64,000 nucleotides of DNA, taken from Lama guanicoe (lineage: Eukaryota). The stretch is taken from assembly GCA_013239625.1 (NCBI GenBank), contig MU054323.1:20233082-20297081 (forward strand). The letters are read 5' to 3'. Positions 12,655 to 26,031 of the stretch are shown here, one piece after another. Within the stretch, counting starts at the first letter, position 1, and each line of letters begins with the position of its first letter. Under the pieces are notes generated by a model, which saw only the letters and a program-made list of their open reading frames with translations, made no database searches and was not told the origin of the DNA. The translations under genes were made by a program, and so were the position numbers.

Positions 12655-13812
12655 AGGAGTTTTCAAAGCATGATTTGAGTACTCCTGGGTGCCCCCCAGA
12701 CCCATTCAGATGCTAACAGCAGTAAGATGTTATTCGCCTTTTCCCTGTGTTGATTTTGCAAAAGCAAAAATCACTTACAAAAGCAAAAATCATGTGCAAA
12801 AGCAGTGGTGGGTAAACTGCTGGCACCTTAGCAGGAATCAAGTTAGTGGCACTGATCTGTGCTATACTTGTCACTGTATTGTGTATGTTTGCAGTTAAAA
12901 AGAGAAGGGAGAGAAAAAAGACAAGCTTTAACTAAGAATGTTCTTGAGAGATCAAGTTTATTGATTTTAACAAATCTCAAGTGTCTTTTGTTTTAAATTG
13001 AAAAGTCCACATCAAATTAACCGCTGTACAGTGTATAGGGTATAGTCAGTGGCACTCTGTATACTAATAACATTGTACAACCATCACCTGTACCTTGTTT
13101 CAAGACATAACTCATCTTTGTTTTATGATGTAAGTCAAATTATTATACTGTATCCCTTAAACTTTTATGTCAATTATATCAATAGAACTGGGGACAAAGA
13201 AAAGATTACAACATCTTTTTAATGTTCTGTGTATGTCAATTATATCAGTAGAACTGGGGGAAAAGAAGAGATTACACATCTTTTTAATGTGCTGTGTGAT
13301 GAAATGGGAAGTATGCTTTAATCACTTCTGCATGTGAAAGTGTGATGGTCATCTTGAGAAAAAACTCACGGGCTTGTTTGAAACTTGAGCGGAACTAGCT
13401 GCCTTTTTAATGGAATACCGTTTTTGCTTAAAATAACCACTGAGAGACAAACTATGGTTATTTAGACATGAGTATTTGATGGATGTTTCCTGAAAATGAA
13501 TTAAACTAGTTATTCATGTGAAAACCTAGTTGTCTGTTAAGCCAGACAATGAAGAAATTTGGAAAAGTGTAAGACAGTGGCACTGTTTTCATTAAATTTT
13601 TTGGGAAAATATAGTAATTATTCTAACAAATATTTGCTAATATATTTATTATTATTTTAAATTAATGTTAAATGTTAATTTTTTTCAGTTTTAATTTCTA
13701 ATATGGTAAATATTGATAGATATAACTCACAAAAGCAAGAATTCTTTGAGGTCCTTAATGAATTTTTAGAAACATGAAGATGTTTTGAGACGAAAAAATT
13801 TAAGAACCATTG
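12655..13812 (+). mobile_element. Charlie1-type hAT DNA transposon, deleted and interrupted by small L1 3' fragments
   Basis: 'gtgcaaaagcagtggtgggtaaactgctggcaccttagca', 'gacaaactatggttatttagac' and the terminal 'aatatggtaaatattgatagatataac...ttaagaaccattg' resemble Charlie1a/b as I recall it. Confidence 0.75.
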
Positions 13813-14929
13813 ACAGAGTCTTGAATTAAAAAAATGTTAGAGGCTTATATCATTAGATATTAAGACACTTGTATAGTTATAATAATTAATGTAGGGTGGT
13901 ATTGGTAAGTGGATTGAGAAATAAACCAGTGGGACAGAATAGAAAAGCTGAAACAGACCCGCATACATAATACATCTTGTTACTTGATGAAGGCACCACT
14001 GCGGTATAGTGGGGAAGGAGCGGTCTTTTCATTATCTGGTGCCAAATCATTTGGCTGGCCCTAGGGGAAGATAAAGGAAGGCTTTTCTTTTTCTCTCTCT
14101 CTCTCTTTTTTCCCCCTTGCAGTTTTTTTGTTGATGAAATGAGGGTTCTGTTTCTCAGCATTTGAATCTTGCTGATTATATTCCCATCTTGTTCAACCGT
14201 GTTCCCCTCTCCCTCATATTTCTCGTGAATTGGTAATAGAGAGTGTGTTTTCCTCTCCCCTTCCTCTTTCCTTCTTCCTGGGGGGAATGGGGAAGGACAA
14301 GAGACAAAAACTTCTTCATAGGTGGTATTGTAGATCAGGAGGTATAAAATCTCTCATTTCTGGATGTTAGTGGTATTGGATGATTATTGCCCAGAGTTCC
14401 ATTAATTCACAGTGGTGACTTTCTAATTAACTGTTCCTTCTTCATATACTAATTGGAAGGGTTCTATGTTTGTTGGTTCTGATTCTTAATTTTAGTTTTA
14501 CGTTTTAGTGTATTAACAACTTACAGCAGTGGCTCTCAACTTTGAACATATTTTCTCTCTTTTATATATTTTGTAATATTTCCTATGCCATTCTGGAATG
14601 AAATTCATAGATAATTCATTACTACACACATGATACATAGTTTGGCTTGACATTGAACTTTGGGTTGAAAATGACCCCATTGTCTTCAAACATCTCTTGT
14701 CATTGAACACATAGATTTTCCATACTTTGCATACTACCTGTTTTTTCCCCTTCTTTTAAACCTTAGAATTCTCTTACTCATTGTCTCCTGAGATTTCAGT
14801 GACATCTCAATGGTAAGGATGTTTGATAGACCATTTTAATTGGGAGATACCTGTTTTCCTTTATAGCTGGAAATTTTTTTCTAATATTTCTTTCTCTCTA
14901 CCAGTATTTTTGGTGTTTTAAAAATTTAA

Positions 14930-16580
14930 TACTTTTTTAAAATTTATTTTTTCTTGAGGTAACACTGGTATCTAACATTATGTACTATATTATACTCCTA
15001 TTTCAATATATACTACTAACCACAAAAAGTTTAATTTCCATTCATCACTATACAGGAGATTTCTCTTTACCTATTTCGCTCTCCCCCTGCCCTTGCCCCT
15101 TTGGTAACCACTATTCTCTGGATCTATGTGTTTGGTTTGGTTTGTTCATTTATTTATTATTTGTTTATTTTATTCCACATGAGTGAAATCATATTTCTTT
15201 GTCTAACTTATTTCACTTTAGCATAATATCCACGTTGTTGCAAATGTCAAGATTTTATCTTTTTTATGGCTGATTAATATTCCATTGTATATGTATCCCA
15301 CATCTTCTTTATCCATTCATCCATTGATGGGCGCTCAGTTTGTTTCCGTGTCTTGGCTATTATAAATAATGCTGCAGTGAACATAGTGGGAGGTGTGTAT
15401 ATCTTTTTTCTTTTTCCTTCTTTTCTTTTCTTTTCTTTTTTCTTCCTTTCTTCCTTCCTTCCTTCCTTTCCTTCTTTATTTTTACCTTTTCTTCTTTCTT
15501 TCCTTCTTGTCTAATAGTTTAAATTTTTTTTTAAATTGACGTGTAGCCAGTTTACAATGTTGTGTCAGTTTCTGGTGTACAGCATAATGTTTCAGTCATA
15601 CATATATATACATATATTTGTTTTCATATTCTTTTTTATTATAGGTTACTACAAGATATTGAATATAGTTCCCTGTGCTATACAGTATACACTCATTATT
15701 TATTTTATATATGGTAGTTAGTATGTGCAAATCTCAAACTCCCAGTTTATCCCTTTCCACCCTCTTTCTTCCCTGCTAACTATAAGTTTGCTTTCTAGGT
15801 CTGTGAGTCTGTTTCACAAAGTTCATTTGTGTCTTTATTTTAAAGATTCCATATAAAAGTGATATTGTAATGGTATTTTAAATGTTTCTCTTTCTGCCTT
15901 AATTCACTTAGAATGATGATCTCTAGGTCCATCTATGTTGATGCAAATGGCATTATTTCATTCTTTTTTTTTTTAATGTCTGGTATTATTCCATTGTATA
16001 TATATTACCTCATCTTTGGTCATTTGTCGATGGACATTTATGTTGTTTCCATGTCTTGGCTGTTGTAAATAGTACTGCAGTGAACATTGGGGTGCACGTA
16101 TCTTTTCGAATTAGAGTTTCCTTTGGATATATGCCCAGAAGCGGGATTGCTGGATCCATATATCTTTTTGAATTAGTGTTTTCATATTATGTGGATAAAT
16201 ACCCAGAAGTTGAATAGCTAGATTATACAGTAATTCTGTTCTTAATTTTTTGAGGAATTTACGTACTATTTTCCATAGAGGCTGCACTAATTTAAATTCC
16301 CGTGAATGGTGTGTGAGGGTTCCCTTTTCTCCACATTCTCACCAATACTTGTTATTTTTTGCCTTTTTTTTTGCCATTCTAGCAGGGGTGAGGTTGTTTT
16401 ATTGTGGTTTTGTCTCATTGTGGTTTTGATTTGCATTTGCTTAATAATAGTGATGTTGAACATGTTTTCATGTGCCTGTTGACCATCTATATGTCTTCTT
16501 TGAAAAAGTGTCTGTTCATTTCTTCTGCCCAGTTTTTAATCAGGATATTTGTTTTTTGTTGTTGGTTTGTATGAGTTCTT
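14930..16580 (-). mobile_element. L1 3' end with a younger L1 3' end nested inside it (15409-16158)
   Basis: Two successive L1 3' UTR copies; the inner one has a CT-rich decayed tail and TSD TATATCTTTTT (15398-15408, 16159-16169). Confidence 0.85.
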
Positions 16581-17156
16581 TCCAGTACTTTTATTGCTTG
16601 TAAATTAGACTTTTTAGATTGATTGTCTGTCTCTTGTTTTTCCCCTCATTTTTTACATTCTTACTTGTTTTTTTGATTTTGAGCTCAGTCTTTGACTTTT
16701 ATCTTCTAGTCCATCTAGTGATATTTTAATTTTGCATACCATATTTAAAAATTTATAGGCCCTTTTTTATTTTCTGAATGTTCTTTTTCAGTGCATCCTA
16801 TGTTTGTTTTATGAATGAAATCTTTCTAGAATTTCTAATTTCTATCTTCAAAGTTCTTCTTGTTGCTTAAACCACCTGTTTCCTCTAGATTCAGGTTTTT
16901 TGAGTTTTGATTTCTTTTGTATTTATCTTTTGTGCTGTAGTCTTTCCTCAAATATTAGATGATTCATAGCTATCTGTGCTTTCTTAAAATTAAGGGAATA
17001 GCAGGGGTGACCAGGAGCTACATTTATCTAGACAGACTGTTGGTGGGCTTCTTGTTAGAATGTGGAACAGGTTTTTCTAGGTTCTGTTCTTGAGACTGGA
17101 TTTTTTTTTTTTCTTTCTTTCTTTCTCTTTGTCTCTGTCTGTCTGTCTCTTTTTTT

Positions 17157-17276
17157 AAAGCCTACAGCACAGGGTATTTCCAGGCAGTCTCCTATCCAAT
17201 ACGCAGTATGTCTGACCCTGCTTAGCTTCCAAGATCAGATAAGACTGGGCATGTCCAGGGCTGTTTGGTCATGGAG
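17157..17276 (-). pseudogene. 5S rRNA pseudogene (retrocopy), full length and diverged
   Basis: AAAGCCTACAGCACAGGGTATTTCCAGGCAGTCTCCTATCCAA...GACCCTGCTTAGCTTCCAAGATCAGA...CAGGGCTGTTTGGTCATGGAG is collinear with the reverse complement of vertebrate 5S rRNA; the T-rich tract at 17101-17156 is a decayed A-tail; many CpG transitions. Confidence 0.93.
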
Positions 17277-19637
17277 TGGAATTTCTTCAGGGCTCTACTA
17301 AGTACATCAGTTCCATTTTCCCTAGCATCAGCTCCCTTCATGCATGTTATGGACTTTGTCTCTTAATTGTTTTCTCTTGTATGATTGTATTAGGTGAAAC
17401 CACCAATGCCATGTTTTATAGTAATGTGTAAAATGGTCATTTGTACCTTGTTCCTGATCTTAGTAGAAATATCTCTAGTGTTTCCCTGTTATATGAAATA
17501 GTCATCTTGGACTTTGGTTTACCCTGCTTAGTCTCTCTTATCTGTCTGTGTCTTCCAGAATTTTCTGAAATCTTTCATGTATTGATGGCCCCCTCTTTGT
17601 AGTGATTTTAGGTTCTTTTGTTTCTAATTCTCATGCTATCATTTTTAAAAGCATCTTAGAAAAGAGGAGATAAACACATGGGCTTTGCCTGTCATTAATT
17701 CATTATTATTGTGTTGAGACTGTAAAAATATTACCTCCCCTTTCCCCCATTGGAATGCTGTTAAATGTCTTTCAATTAGGTCACTGGGAAAAATACTTTA
17801 CAGTATTGGGATTTATCTCTTTGTGTCTCTGTGAAACGGAGTTATCAAATTATTTTGGAAGTGCATTGTGACTAAGTTATTCAGCATTGCAAAAGCATTT
17901 CCATTCATTTCAAAATGTGTAATCTGAAATTTTTTTTGTTTCATGCTTTACCCAGAGCTGTTAATTTTAGAAGGTAGAATTTTTCTTTAGGTGGTTATAT
18001 ATATATGAAACTAATAAATGAACAGAAAATGCCTATCTATAAGCAGAATTTTTTTTTAACAAAAAATGTTCCAAAGACTACAAAGCTATAATTAGTAGAT
18101 AGGAGTTGGGAATTTATTGCCATAGTGAGTTTATGAGTTATTGTGATTGGGGGTGGTATACCCAGTTTGGATTAATGCTCAGGATAACCTGGAATCCAAA
18201 AGCAGTGGGTGATGGAGCAATCCTTTTTGTTGGTCAGAATCACAGAAAACTGATCCGGCCCTCTTCTTTTAAAAATTTGAACATTTTTTTTGGTGGTGGT
18301 GTGGGTAGAGAGTGGGGAGAATATATAGTATATTGACATGGTTCAGACATCAAAGTAGGGAATAAATAATAAAATGTCACATTCCTGTACAGTCCTTCAG
18401 CCCGTCAATGTTTCTAGAATTTTGTTGATTTGCAGAAACATTTTATGCATATAAAAACAGTGAAGTGTGTGTTTGTATCTTAAATTTAATGTCTCCACTT
18501 AAGTTGTAAAGTAAATTATGGCATTGTTACATTGTGCTTTTTGAAAGAAATATCTTGGGTATAGCTCCATATCAGATCATAAGGCTGTTTTATATTTCTA
18601 ATTTATATAATCCTAATTGATGGATTTTTGCTTTATTTTAGTTTTTTACTGTTACAAATAATACTGAAAAGTTAGTAAACTTTTACATGGGTCATTTCAC
18701 ACATGCATGATTGTGAGGATGTATACAAAATAAATTGTAATAGGTAAAATAGTTAAAAATGTCTTAATTGTGTTTTCTGTGTTTTGTAGTTTTCATATTT
18801 CTGTATTGGTCAAAGCAGGGAGATTGGGCTGAAAGAATTTGTAAATTTAATTTATGATATGTCTGAAGTCTTTTTTTAATCTTCAGAGAAAACAAATTTT
18901 TATAGACTTAATGTTTATCGAAAAATAAGTTGTAATGCTAAATTTTAAGTATATAAGTAATAAAATAGAACTCCACTGTGGATTAGCAGTCTCTCCCCAG
19001 TTTGGCTATTCATGTTAAAGAAAAGTGATTAGTATCGTTAAAACGAAATTCAAATACAGACAGTTTTCTTCCTGTACATTTCTTTATGCTGGTATTTTTG
19101 TATGATGTTAGATTTTGTAATTTTCTTTGTATCTGTAAAAAAATTTGAGTTAGCCAAAGGGGTGCTATTGAGACTATAAGTAGTACTACTTAAGAAATGA
19201 ATGTAGCATAAAGAATTTATTTAGTGTTCCTAGGCTTTTAGGATTGCTAGTAGGAGGAAGACCAAAGGAAAAGTACAATAATTGGAGAAAAATCATATAA
19301 TTTAACATTTTAAAGTTTACATGTTTAGCATGCTTTTTATTGAATGTGTGTTCATACTACATAATCTGCCTTTGAAATGGTCAGTTTATCCACTGTAGGT
19401 TGAAGTATCCTCTTCTCCAACCAACAGCCTAATGCAGAAAAGCACTGGGCTGTATCACAGTATATCCTGTATGTTGTTTCGAGTACTCGTGTTCACATGG
19501 TTGTGGAAATGCCTGAGATTTTCCTGGTAATCAGAACAATTTTATTTGTCATCCGGCCTTGGAGAAGAGGCTCTTCCTAATCCTTAGTGCCTTTTCTTAA
19601 ACATTCCGCTTTCTCCTAGCTATGAAAGAGAAAAGTT

Positions 19638-19778
19638 GAGGGTAGGTATAGCAGTGGTAGAGCACGTGCGTGGCATGCTTGAGGGTCCTGGGTTCAATCC
19701 CAGTACCTCCATTAAAAATAAATAAATAAACCTAATTACCTCCCCCCTAAAAATAGTAAAATTAAATTAAATTAATAA
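19638..19778 (+). mobile_element. tRNA-Ala-derived SINE (camelid-type)
   Basis: GGTATAGCAGTGGTAGAGCACGTGC...GTCCTGGGTTCAATCCCAGTACCTCC followed by AAATAAACCTAATTACCTCCCCCC and an A-rich tail. Confidence 0.9.
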
Positions 19779-20305
19779 AAAGGAAAAAGTGGCATCAAGA
19801 GAGGATTTATCTCCCCTTGAATTCCTCTTTGACAGTTTCCTTCACATTTGTTACGAAATCTCCAGGATCATGGATTAATGTCTTGTTGCTTTGGTGCTGT
19901 CCACATGCCACTAACAGAAGGGACTTTCCAAAATGCTGCTTGTTGTATTTCTTCAAAAAATTCATTGATCTATCCCATTAAACTTCTCTTTTTTGGCTTT
20001 TTATTCCTGTATTTTACCTACTCCAGTGGATGTTCCAGTTTTTGTTTTGTTTTGTTTCTTGAGGGCCCCCTTTACCCTTTATTTGTAAACATCTGTTAAA
20101 GTAGAATTAACAACAGAAAATACATCTTTGGTTAGAAGTATTTGAAGGTTCCCAGATTTCTTTCTCCTCTTTGTCCTCCTCTTCCTTTTTTTTTTTTTTT
20201 AAGATGCATGAAATTATACTCTTTTCCTGATGTAGGTAGTCCTTAAATATTTATTGCTAAGATATAGTTATGAAAACCATAGTTCATCAGTTCTATAATG
20301 TAGAA

Positions 20306-20515
20306 AACTGGTCCTCAACTAGGGGCAATTTTGTCTCCCAGGGACATTCGGCAAAGTGTGGACAATTTTGGTTGTCACAGCTGGATATGAGGTGCTACTA
20401 TCATCCAGTGGGTATAGGTCAGGGGTCCTGCTAGACACCCTATCTGCACAGGAGAGCCCCCACAGCAAAGAATTACCTGGTCGAAGGTCAGTAGTGCCAA
20501 GGTTGAGAAAACCTG
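20306..20515. mobile_element. MER20 hAT-Charlie MITE
   Basis: TGGTCCTCAACTAGGGGCAATTTTG ... AGTGCCAAGGTTGAGAAAACCTG, about 210 bp, collinear with the MER20 consensus as I recall it. Confidence 0.88.
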
Positions 20516-21341
20516 ATGTGGTGTCATCATAAGTGATCTTCCCTTTTTATATATAGAGTATTCGCACAAATTTATTCACTTTATCTAATTAGGACTCCCC
20601 TCACTTTAAACTTAAATTTGATTACTTTTTCAAGTCATATATATGTATATAGCTGCCATATATGTACATATATATATATAGTCATATGCCCGGTTCCCAC
20701 TCTGCAATCATTTTCAACTTCTCTGACAGTGGCTTTAGCATTGATACCACTCTTATACTGCTACTATTCATTTACATCTTTAGAAATCTCTCTCTCTATT
20801 CCCTTTCCGTTGTGTTTCCAACATATCAGACTTTTATTTAACTTAATAATCAGTCTTTGTATTTTATGAACATGTAAATATTCACATAATTTTTTCTTAT
20901 ATAAACTTTTGTTTTCCTTGGGGTTAATAATTGTTTTACTTTTTCCTTTTGATTAGTCTTCTAAAATGTAAAAAATTCCTAGTCCTTTGCTTATCTGAAA
21001 ATTTTTCACACTTGGCTGATGGTTTGTTTAGGCATATAATTCTGGTTTGGAAATAATTTTCCTGAGAATTTTTTTATCTTTTGTCAGATCTTACATTGCT
21101 GCTGTTATGAAATAAAATCTTCTGAAATTATTTTGGAACTTTGAACTTTTTTTTTATTCGTTCATTGTATTCAGTGGATTAAATGATGTATAAAACTGCT
21201 TGCTGAATTTCCAGTCAGAGAAACTCGCATGGTTCTTTATGTGAAAAAAATGTTGGGAATTCAATTTGTGGCTAATGTAAGATTCATAAGACCAATTAAG
21301 AAAGATGTCCTTTGGTGGAGGGGGTTTAAAAAAAAACATTT

Positions 21342-21502
21342 GGGAGGAGGGTATAGCTCAAGTGGTAGATCACATGCTTAGTATACATGAGGTCCTGGGT
21401 TCAATCCCCAGTACCCCTAAAAATAAATAAATAAACCTACCCCCCCACCAAAAAACAACTTAAATAAATAAGTAAGTCACTCTTAAAGAAAATAATTTTT
21501 TT
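21342..21502 (+). mobile_element. tRNA-Ala-derived SINE (camelid-type)
   Basis: GGGAGGAGGGTATAGCTCAAGTGGTAGA...GAGGTCCTGGGTTCAATCCCCAGTACC plus A-rich tail. Confidence 0.9.
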
Positions 21503-21509
21503 TAAAAAG

Positions 21510-21840
21510 CACTTTATTTTGGGATAGCTTTAGATTTACAAGCAAAGCTGCAAAGATATTAGAGTTCCCATATACCATTCACTCAGTTTCCCCTAACCGT
21601 TGACAGCTTACACAACCACGGCACCTTTATCAACACTAAGAAATTAACATAGATGTATTGCTATAAACTAAACTTAAGACCCTGTTCATATTTTACTATT
21701 CTTTCCACTTACATCTTTTTTCTGTTCCAGGATTCAGTCTGACATTGCATTTAGGCGTCTTGTTTCCATAGTCTCCTCTGGTTTGTGATAGTACCTCAGT
21801 CTTTCCTTATTTTTCATGGCCTTGACAGTTTTGAAGAGTA
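21510..21840 (-). mobile_element. L1MC-type 3' UTR fragment
   Basis: 'tttagatttacaagcaaagctgcaaaga...ttctgttccaggat..gacattgcatttag' is typical of L1MC 3' ends. Confidence 0.7.
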
Positions 21841-21875
21841 ATTTATAAATTTTTAGTAATAACTTTATTGAGATT

Positions 21876-22200
21876 TGTGATGGTTAATTTTATGTGTCAA
21901 CTTCATTGGGCTGTATGATGCCCACATACTTGGTTAAACATTATTCTGGGTGTATCCATAAAGGTATTTCCTTGAAGAGATTAGTTGAATCAGTAGGCTC
22001 AGTAAACCAGATTGTCTTTCCCAATGTGGGAGGACCTTGTCCAGTCAGCTGAGGGTTTGAAAAGAACAAAAAGGTGGAAGAAGGGAGAATTCTCTCTCTC
22101 TGCCTGACTAAGCTGGGACATTGGGCTCCTGTTCTTGGACTAGGATTTACAGCATCAGCAATCCTGGTTCTCAGGCCCTTGGATTTAGACTAGAACTGCA
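21876..22200. mobile_element. MLT2 (ERVL) LTR fragment
   Basis: Begins TGTGATGGTTAATTTTATGTGTCAACTT and contains 'aacattattctgggtgt' and 'cccaatgtggg'. Confidence 0.85.
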
Positions 22201-22209
22201 AAATTTTTT

Positions 22210-23040
22210 TTTCAAATCCATTCATCAGTTGATGAAAATTTGGGTTATTTCCATTATGAATAATGCTGCTATGAACATTCATTTACAAATTTTTTGTGTG
22301 GACATATATTTTCTCTTACATAACACTTAGGAGTGGAATTGCTGGGTCAGATGGCAACTCTGTGTTTAACATTTTGAGGAACTGCCAAACTGTTTTCCAA
22401 AGTAGGTGCACCATTTTACATCCTCACTAGCAAAGTATTAGGGTTCCAGTTTCTCCACATCCTTGTCAACACTTGTTATTGTCTGTATGTGAAGTGTTAT
22501 CTCACTGTAGTTTTGATTTTGCGTTTTCCTAATGGCTAAGAATGTTGTGTCCTTTTTACCCCTTCCTGGCAACTAAAAAAGATTTTTTTTTTCACTTGAA
22601 ATATACTTGACATACAACATTATGTTAGTTTCAGGTCTACTACATAGTGATTTGATGTTTGCATACATTATGAAATGATTACCACAATAAGTGTAGTAAC
22701 CATCTGTCCCTGTACAAAGTTACTACAATATTATTGACCGTATTCCTTATGCTGTATATTACATCCCCATGGCTTATTTATTTTCTAACTGGTTGTTTAT
22801 ACCTCTTTATCCCCTTCATCTGTTTGTATGCACACCCCCTCCCCCTTCCCTCTGGCAACCACCCATTTGTTTTCTGTACCTATGAGTCTGTTTTCCATTT
22901 GTTTTGTTTTATTTTTTTAGGTTCCATGTATAAGTAAGATCATACGGTATTTGTCTTTCTTTGACTTATTTCACTTAGCATATCTCCCTCTAGATCCATC
23001 CATGTTGTCACAAATGGCAAGATTTCATTTTTCTTTTAAT
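22210..23040 (-). mobile_element. Two adjacent L1 3' fragments
   Basis: 'aatgctgctatgaacattc..ggaattgctgggtca..ttttccaaagt' followed by a second 3' end from about 22585. Confidence 0.8.
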
Positions 23041-25967
23041 GGAGAAATGCTTTTTTTAATGAAGAAATAATGGTTTTCATTGAGCAGGGAAAGTTTAAAG
23101 TCCAATAAGTCTGGTGTGGCACTAATAAATTTTCATTTTTCCAAGCAGGAATGGTCGTCTTGAACCATTCTATCAGCTTCAGTTGTATCAAAGTGCAGGA
23201 AAGTCATCAGGTAGTGCGGAAATGGATGCTAATTTAAATTTTTTCATGTTTTATTCGTACAATAGGTAACATTTTTAGATAAAAGGAAAAATAACCTGTG
23301 TATACATTTTTACGTAAGGTTTTTGAGTTTGTAGGGATTATATTGGACATCTTATTAAGCAAATAGATTCCAGGCTGATCAGCACCTGCTATTAAACACT
23401 GGACCATGTTGTATTATTGTATTTATTCACATTTCTCTCTGTTCCAGCCCTCTGCACAGTTTCCAAGCTGGAAACAGTATGTTTTTAAAAACTCTTTGAA
23501 TGATCGGTAGGAAAATATGTTATCTCTGTAGAAATTCTGTGCTTCTGTGTGATTCTGTATAGAAAAGCAGTATGAATGATTATATGGACCTGGAGTGATC
23601 TTTCTGAATGTTGTGTGGTCTTTGATATGTTTTATATCATTATGTTTGGATGTCTTCATTCCTAAAGATTTAAATTTCTGTGGAGGAGACATAATTAGGT
23701 ACATTGCTTGAGGTTCAGGATAAAACAATTGGGTTATCTATATTCACAATTTGATAATGGTTCCTTTAGTTTGTGGTTAGAAATGTATCATGTTTTTTCC
23801 TATGAGCCAAGATTTGTTCAGCATAAAGGAAGCCAACACTTTAAATCTCTTTTTAAACTTCTTTTATCAACAACGTTTGGCATGGTTGTACATGTGTTAA
23901 TTATATATTCATATTTACTTCATAAAATAATTCTGACTCAACCTCTTACTCTGTTAGCTGTTAATGTATGTACATGAAAATTTAAGTGTCAGATTTTCAT
24001 TTTTAATTTGGGAAAAAATGCACTATAGCTACATTAAAGAGTTTAAAAGTTAGATCACCTGTTATTCTTCCATCTTGGTGTAAAATCTACACTTCCAAAA
24101 ATAATTTATATTTTAGATTGGTGAGATATCCTTCTATTGGTTTTGTAATCATGTTGTGCCTCTAAAAACAGTATAATCAATATTTCTTTGTCTCCTAATA
24201 TAATTGTGAAAATAGTGGTTTAGTGATTCAATTTAAATTCTTTTGTCATTTCAGACAGTATGGAGGTGACTTCATGTTATATTGTTTATATAAATTTTCA
24301 GTGTCTGTTATCCCATAAAATTTAAGTGGTATCTATTAATAACATTTAGTAGCTTCTGCTCTCCCTACCCCCCCCATTTAAAAAAACCTCTGATTTTGGA
24401 GAACTTAAAAAAAAAGATTTTTTTTCTAGACGATTAAGTATTAAATGTTAGAAATACTGCTTTTTCAGCTGTTACTGGGGCAAAAAAAGTAAGTGAAACT
24501 GTTTTTGGAAATCCCATTTATTACTTAAGTGCTCTTGCATGTGTGAGCACATATTCACAGGTCATAGAAGTTCTATGGCAGCTGTAGTTGTGCTAACAGC
24601 AACAGAGCAATTTCCCTACTCTAAATCTGTCCTTTGTAAGAGCATGTCAGATGATTATTGACTTTGAGTGTTATATGTACTGAAGTAATGATGTTAATTT
24701 TTCTGCTTCAGTAATATGCATGAAAAAATATATTAGAAAAACAGAAAACCTTTATAACTCTTGGTAACCAAATTAGAGATTTGACAGGATAATACAGAAA
24801 TACCATATGCTCTCAGAGAAACCTTTTGAAGCAATATTAACCTGGGATGATTAACAGAGAAAGATGTTTTGATTAGAGGAATTCTTTTTTATTTAATGAA
24901 TATACAATTGCAAAAGTATTTTGTAAGCTATAATTTTTGACCTATGTATTAATATTTTACTTTTGCTATTTTATCTTGCTTTTGGTAATTTTTTCTTTTG
25001 AATCATATTTCACTCTGATAATCCAACAAAGCCCTTCTAGCTTCCTGTTTAATGTGTATGTGATGTATTTGTTCTTGTATGTTATTTTGTGGAGAGCAAG
25101 TTGTGACATTTGTTTAGAAAATCAAATGACATTATAACATTAAAAAATATTTTGTGACCAATATCTGTAACTTGAATAGCCTGTCAGAATTCTTGTTTCA
25201 AATTTGTAGCTGTTCTGAATTTTTCAAGCTGCTGAGAGTAATTTAAAAAATGTTTGTAATAAATATCACTACTTGGATAATCTTAATTTTTCTCAAGTGT
25301 AGACAGGTCTTTTTTAATAGACATTTTATTTTTGAACTCACACTCAGCTATGACCAAAGGTAAATGCCATCAGACTTCAAGGTCCTTGAATCTGTCAGTC
25401 TTTATTTGCCCCTTGCTCTATAGAAGTCCTTGTGTTTAAATTTTAACTACTCCTTAGAGCAGTTTCAATAAAGATAGTCCAGATGTGAATGTGTATTATT
25501 TTTAGGTTCTCATATGCAGTGGCTACTTAAAAAATCTGAAGATTATTTTAGGCAAATTTGCGTGGTGATATCTTTGAGGGACCCTTGTATAAAATTATCT
25601 TATATTAATTCTTTACAGAATCAGAAACTGACTCTTTATCTAAAGGTTGCATTGTACTCTGCTTTCTTGGAAAATAAGGAAATTACCTATAAAGTGTTTT
25701 ATGTTAAAAGAATTTACTGCCTAACATTGTTCCCTCCCCAGGTTAGCCTCTCAATAAATGTCTACAAAGATAGTTTTATTTTTTAGGTTACACAATGTCA
25801 GGATTGTAAAGTGAGTCTAAATATATACATATATAAATGTTCCTAACCACCATCTGGTTTCTTAATGGGAGCTTTACATTTCGAATGTTCCTAACTTTTG
25901 TAGGCATTATCACTGTGAAGGTGAGGAGGTCTTTTTTACATTTATTCCTTTTTTTCTCTTTCAACAG

Positions 25968-26031
25968 GGGGAAATGCAGTGTTGCCCTTCTGAATGAGAC
26001 AGAGTCAGTATTGTCGTATCTAGATAAAGAG
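25968..26031 (+). CDS. MTA3: MTA3 coding exon (probable exon 5), BAH domain
   Basis: Long pyrimidine tract, caacag|GGGGAAATGC...GATAAAGAG|gtaatt; 64 nt; [21 protein letters not shown]. Confidence 0.97.

Noticed and set aside
20636..20690. TA-rich quasi-palindromes (also at 38530-38616)
   Set aside because: Low-complexity (TA)n or A/T-run sequence is self-complementary by chance.
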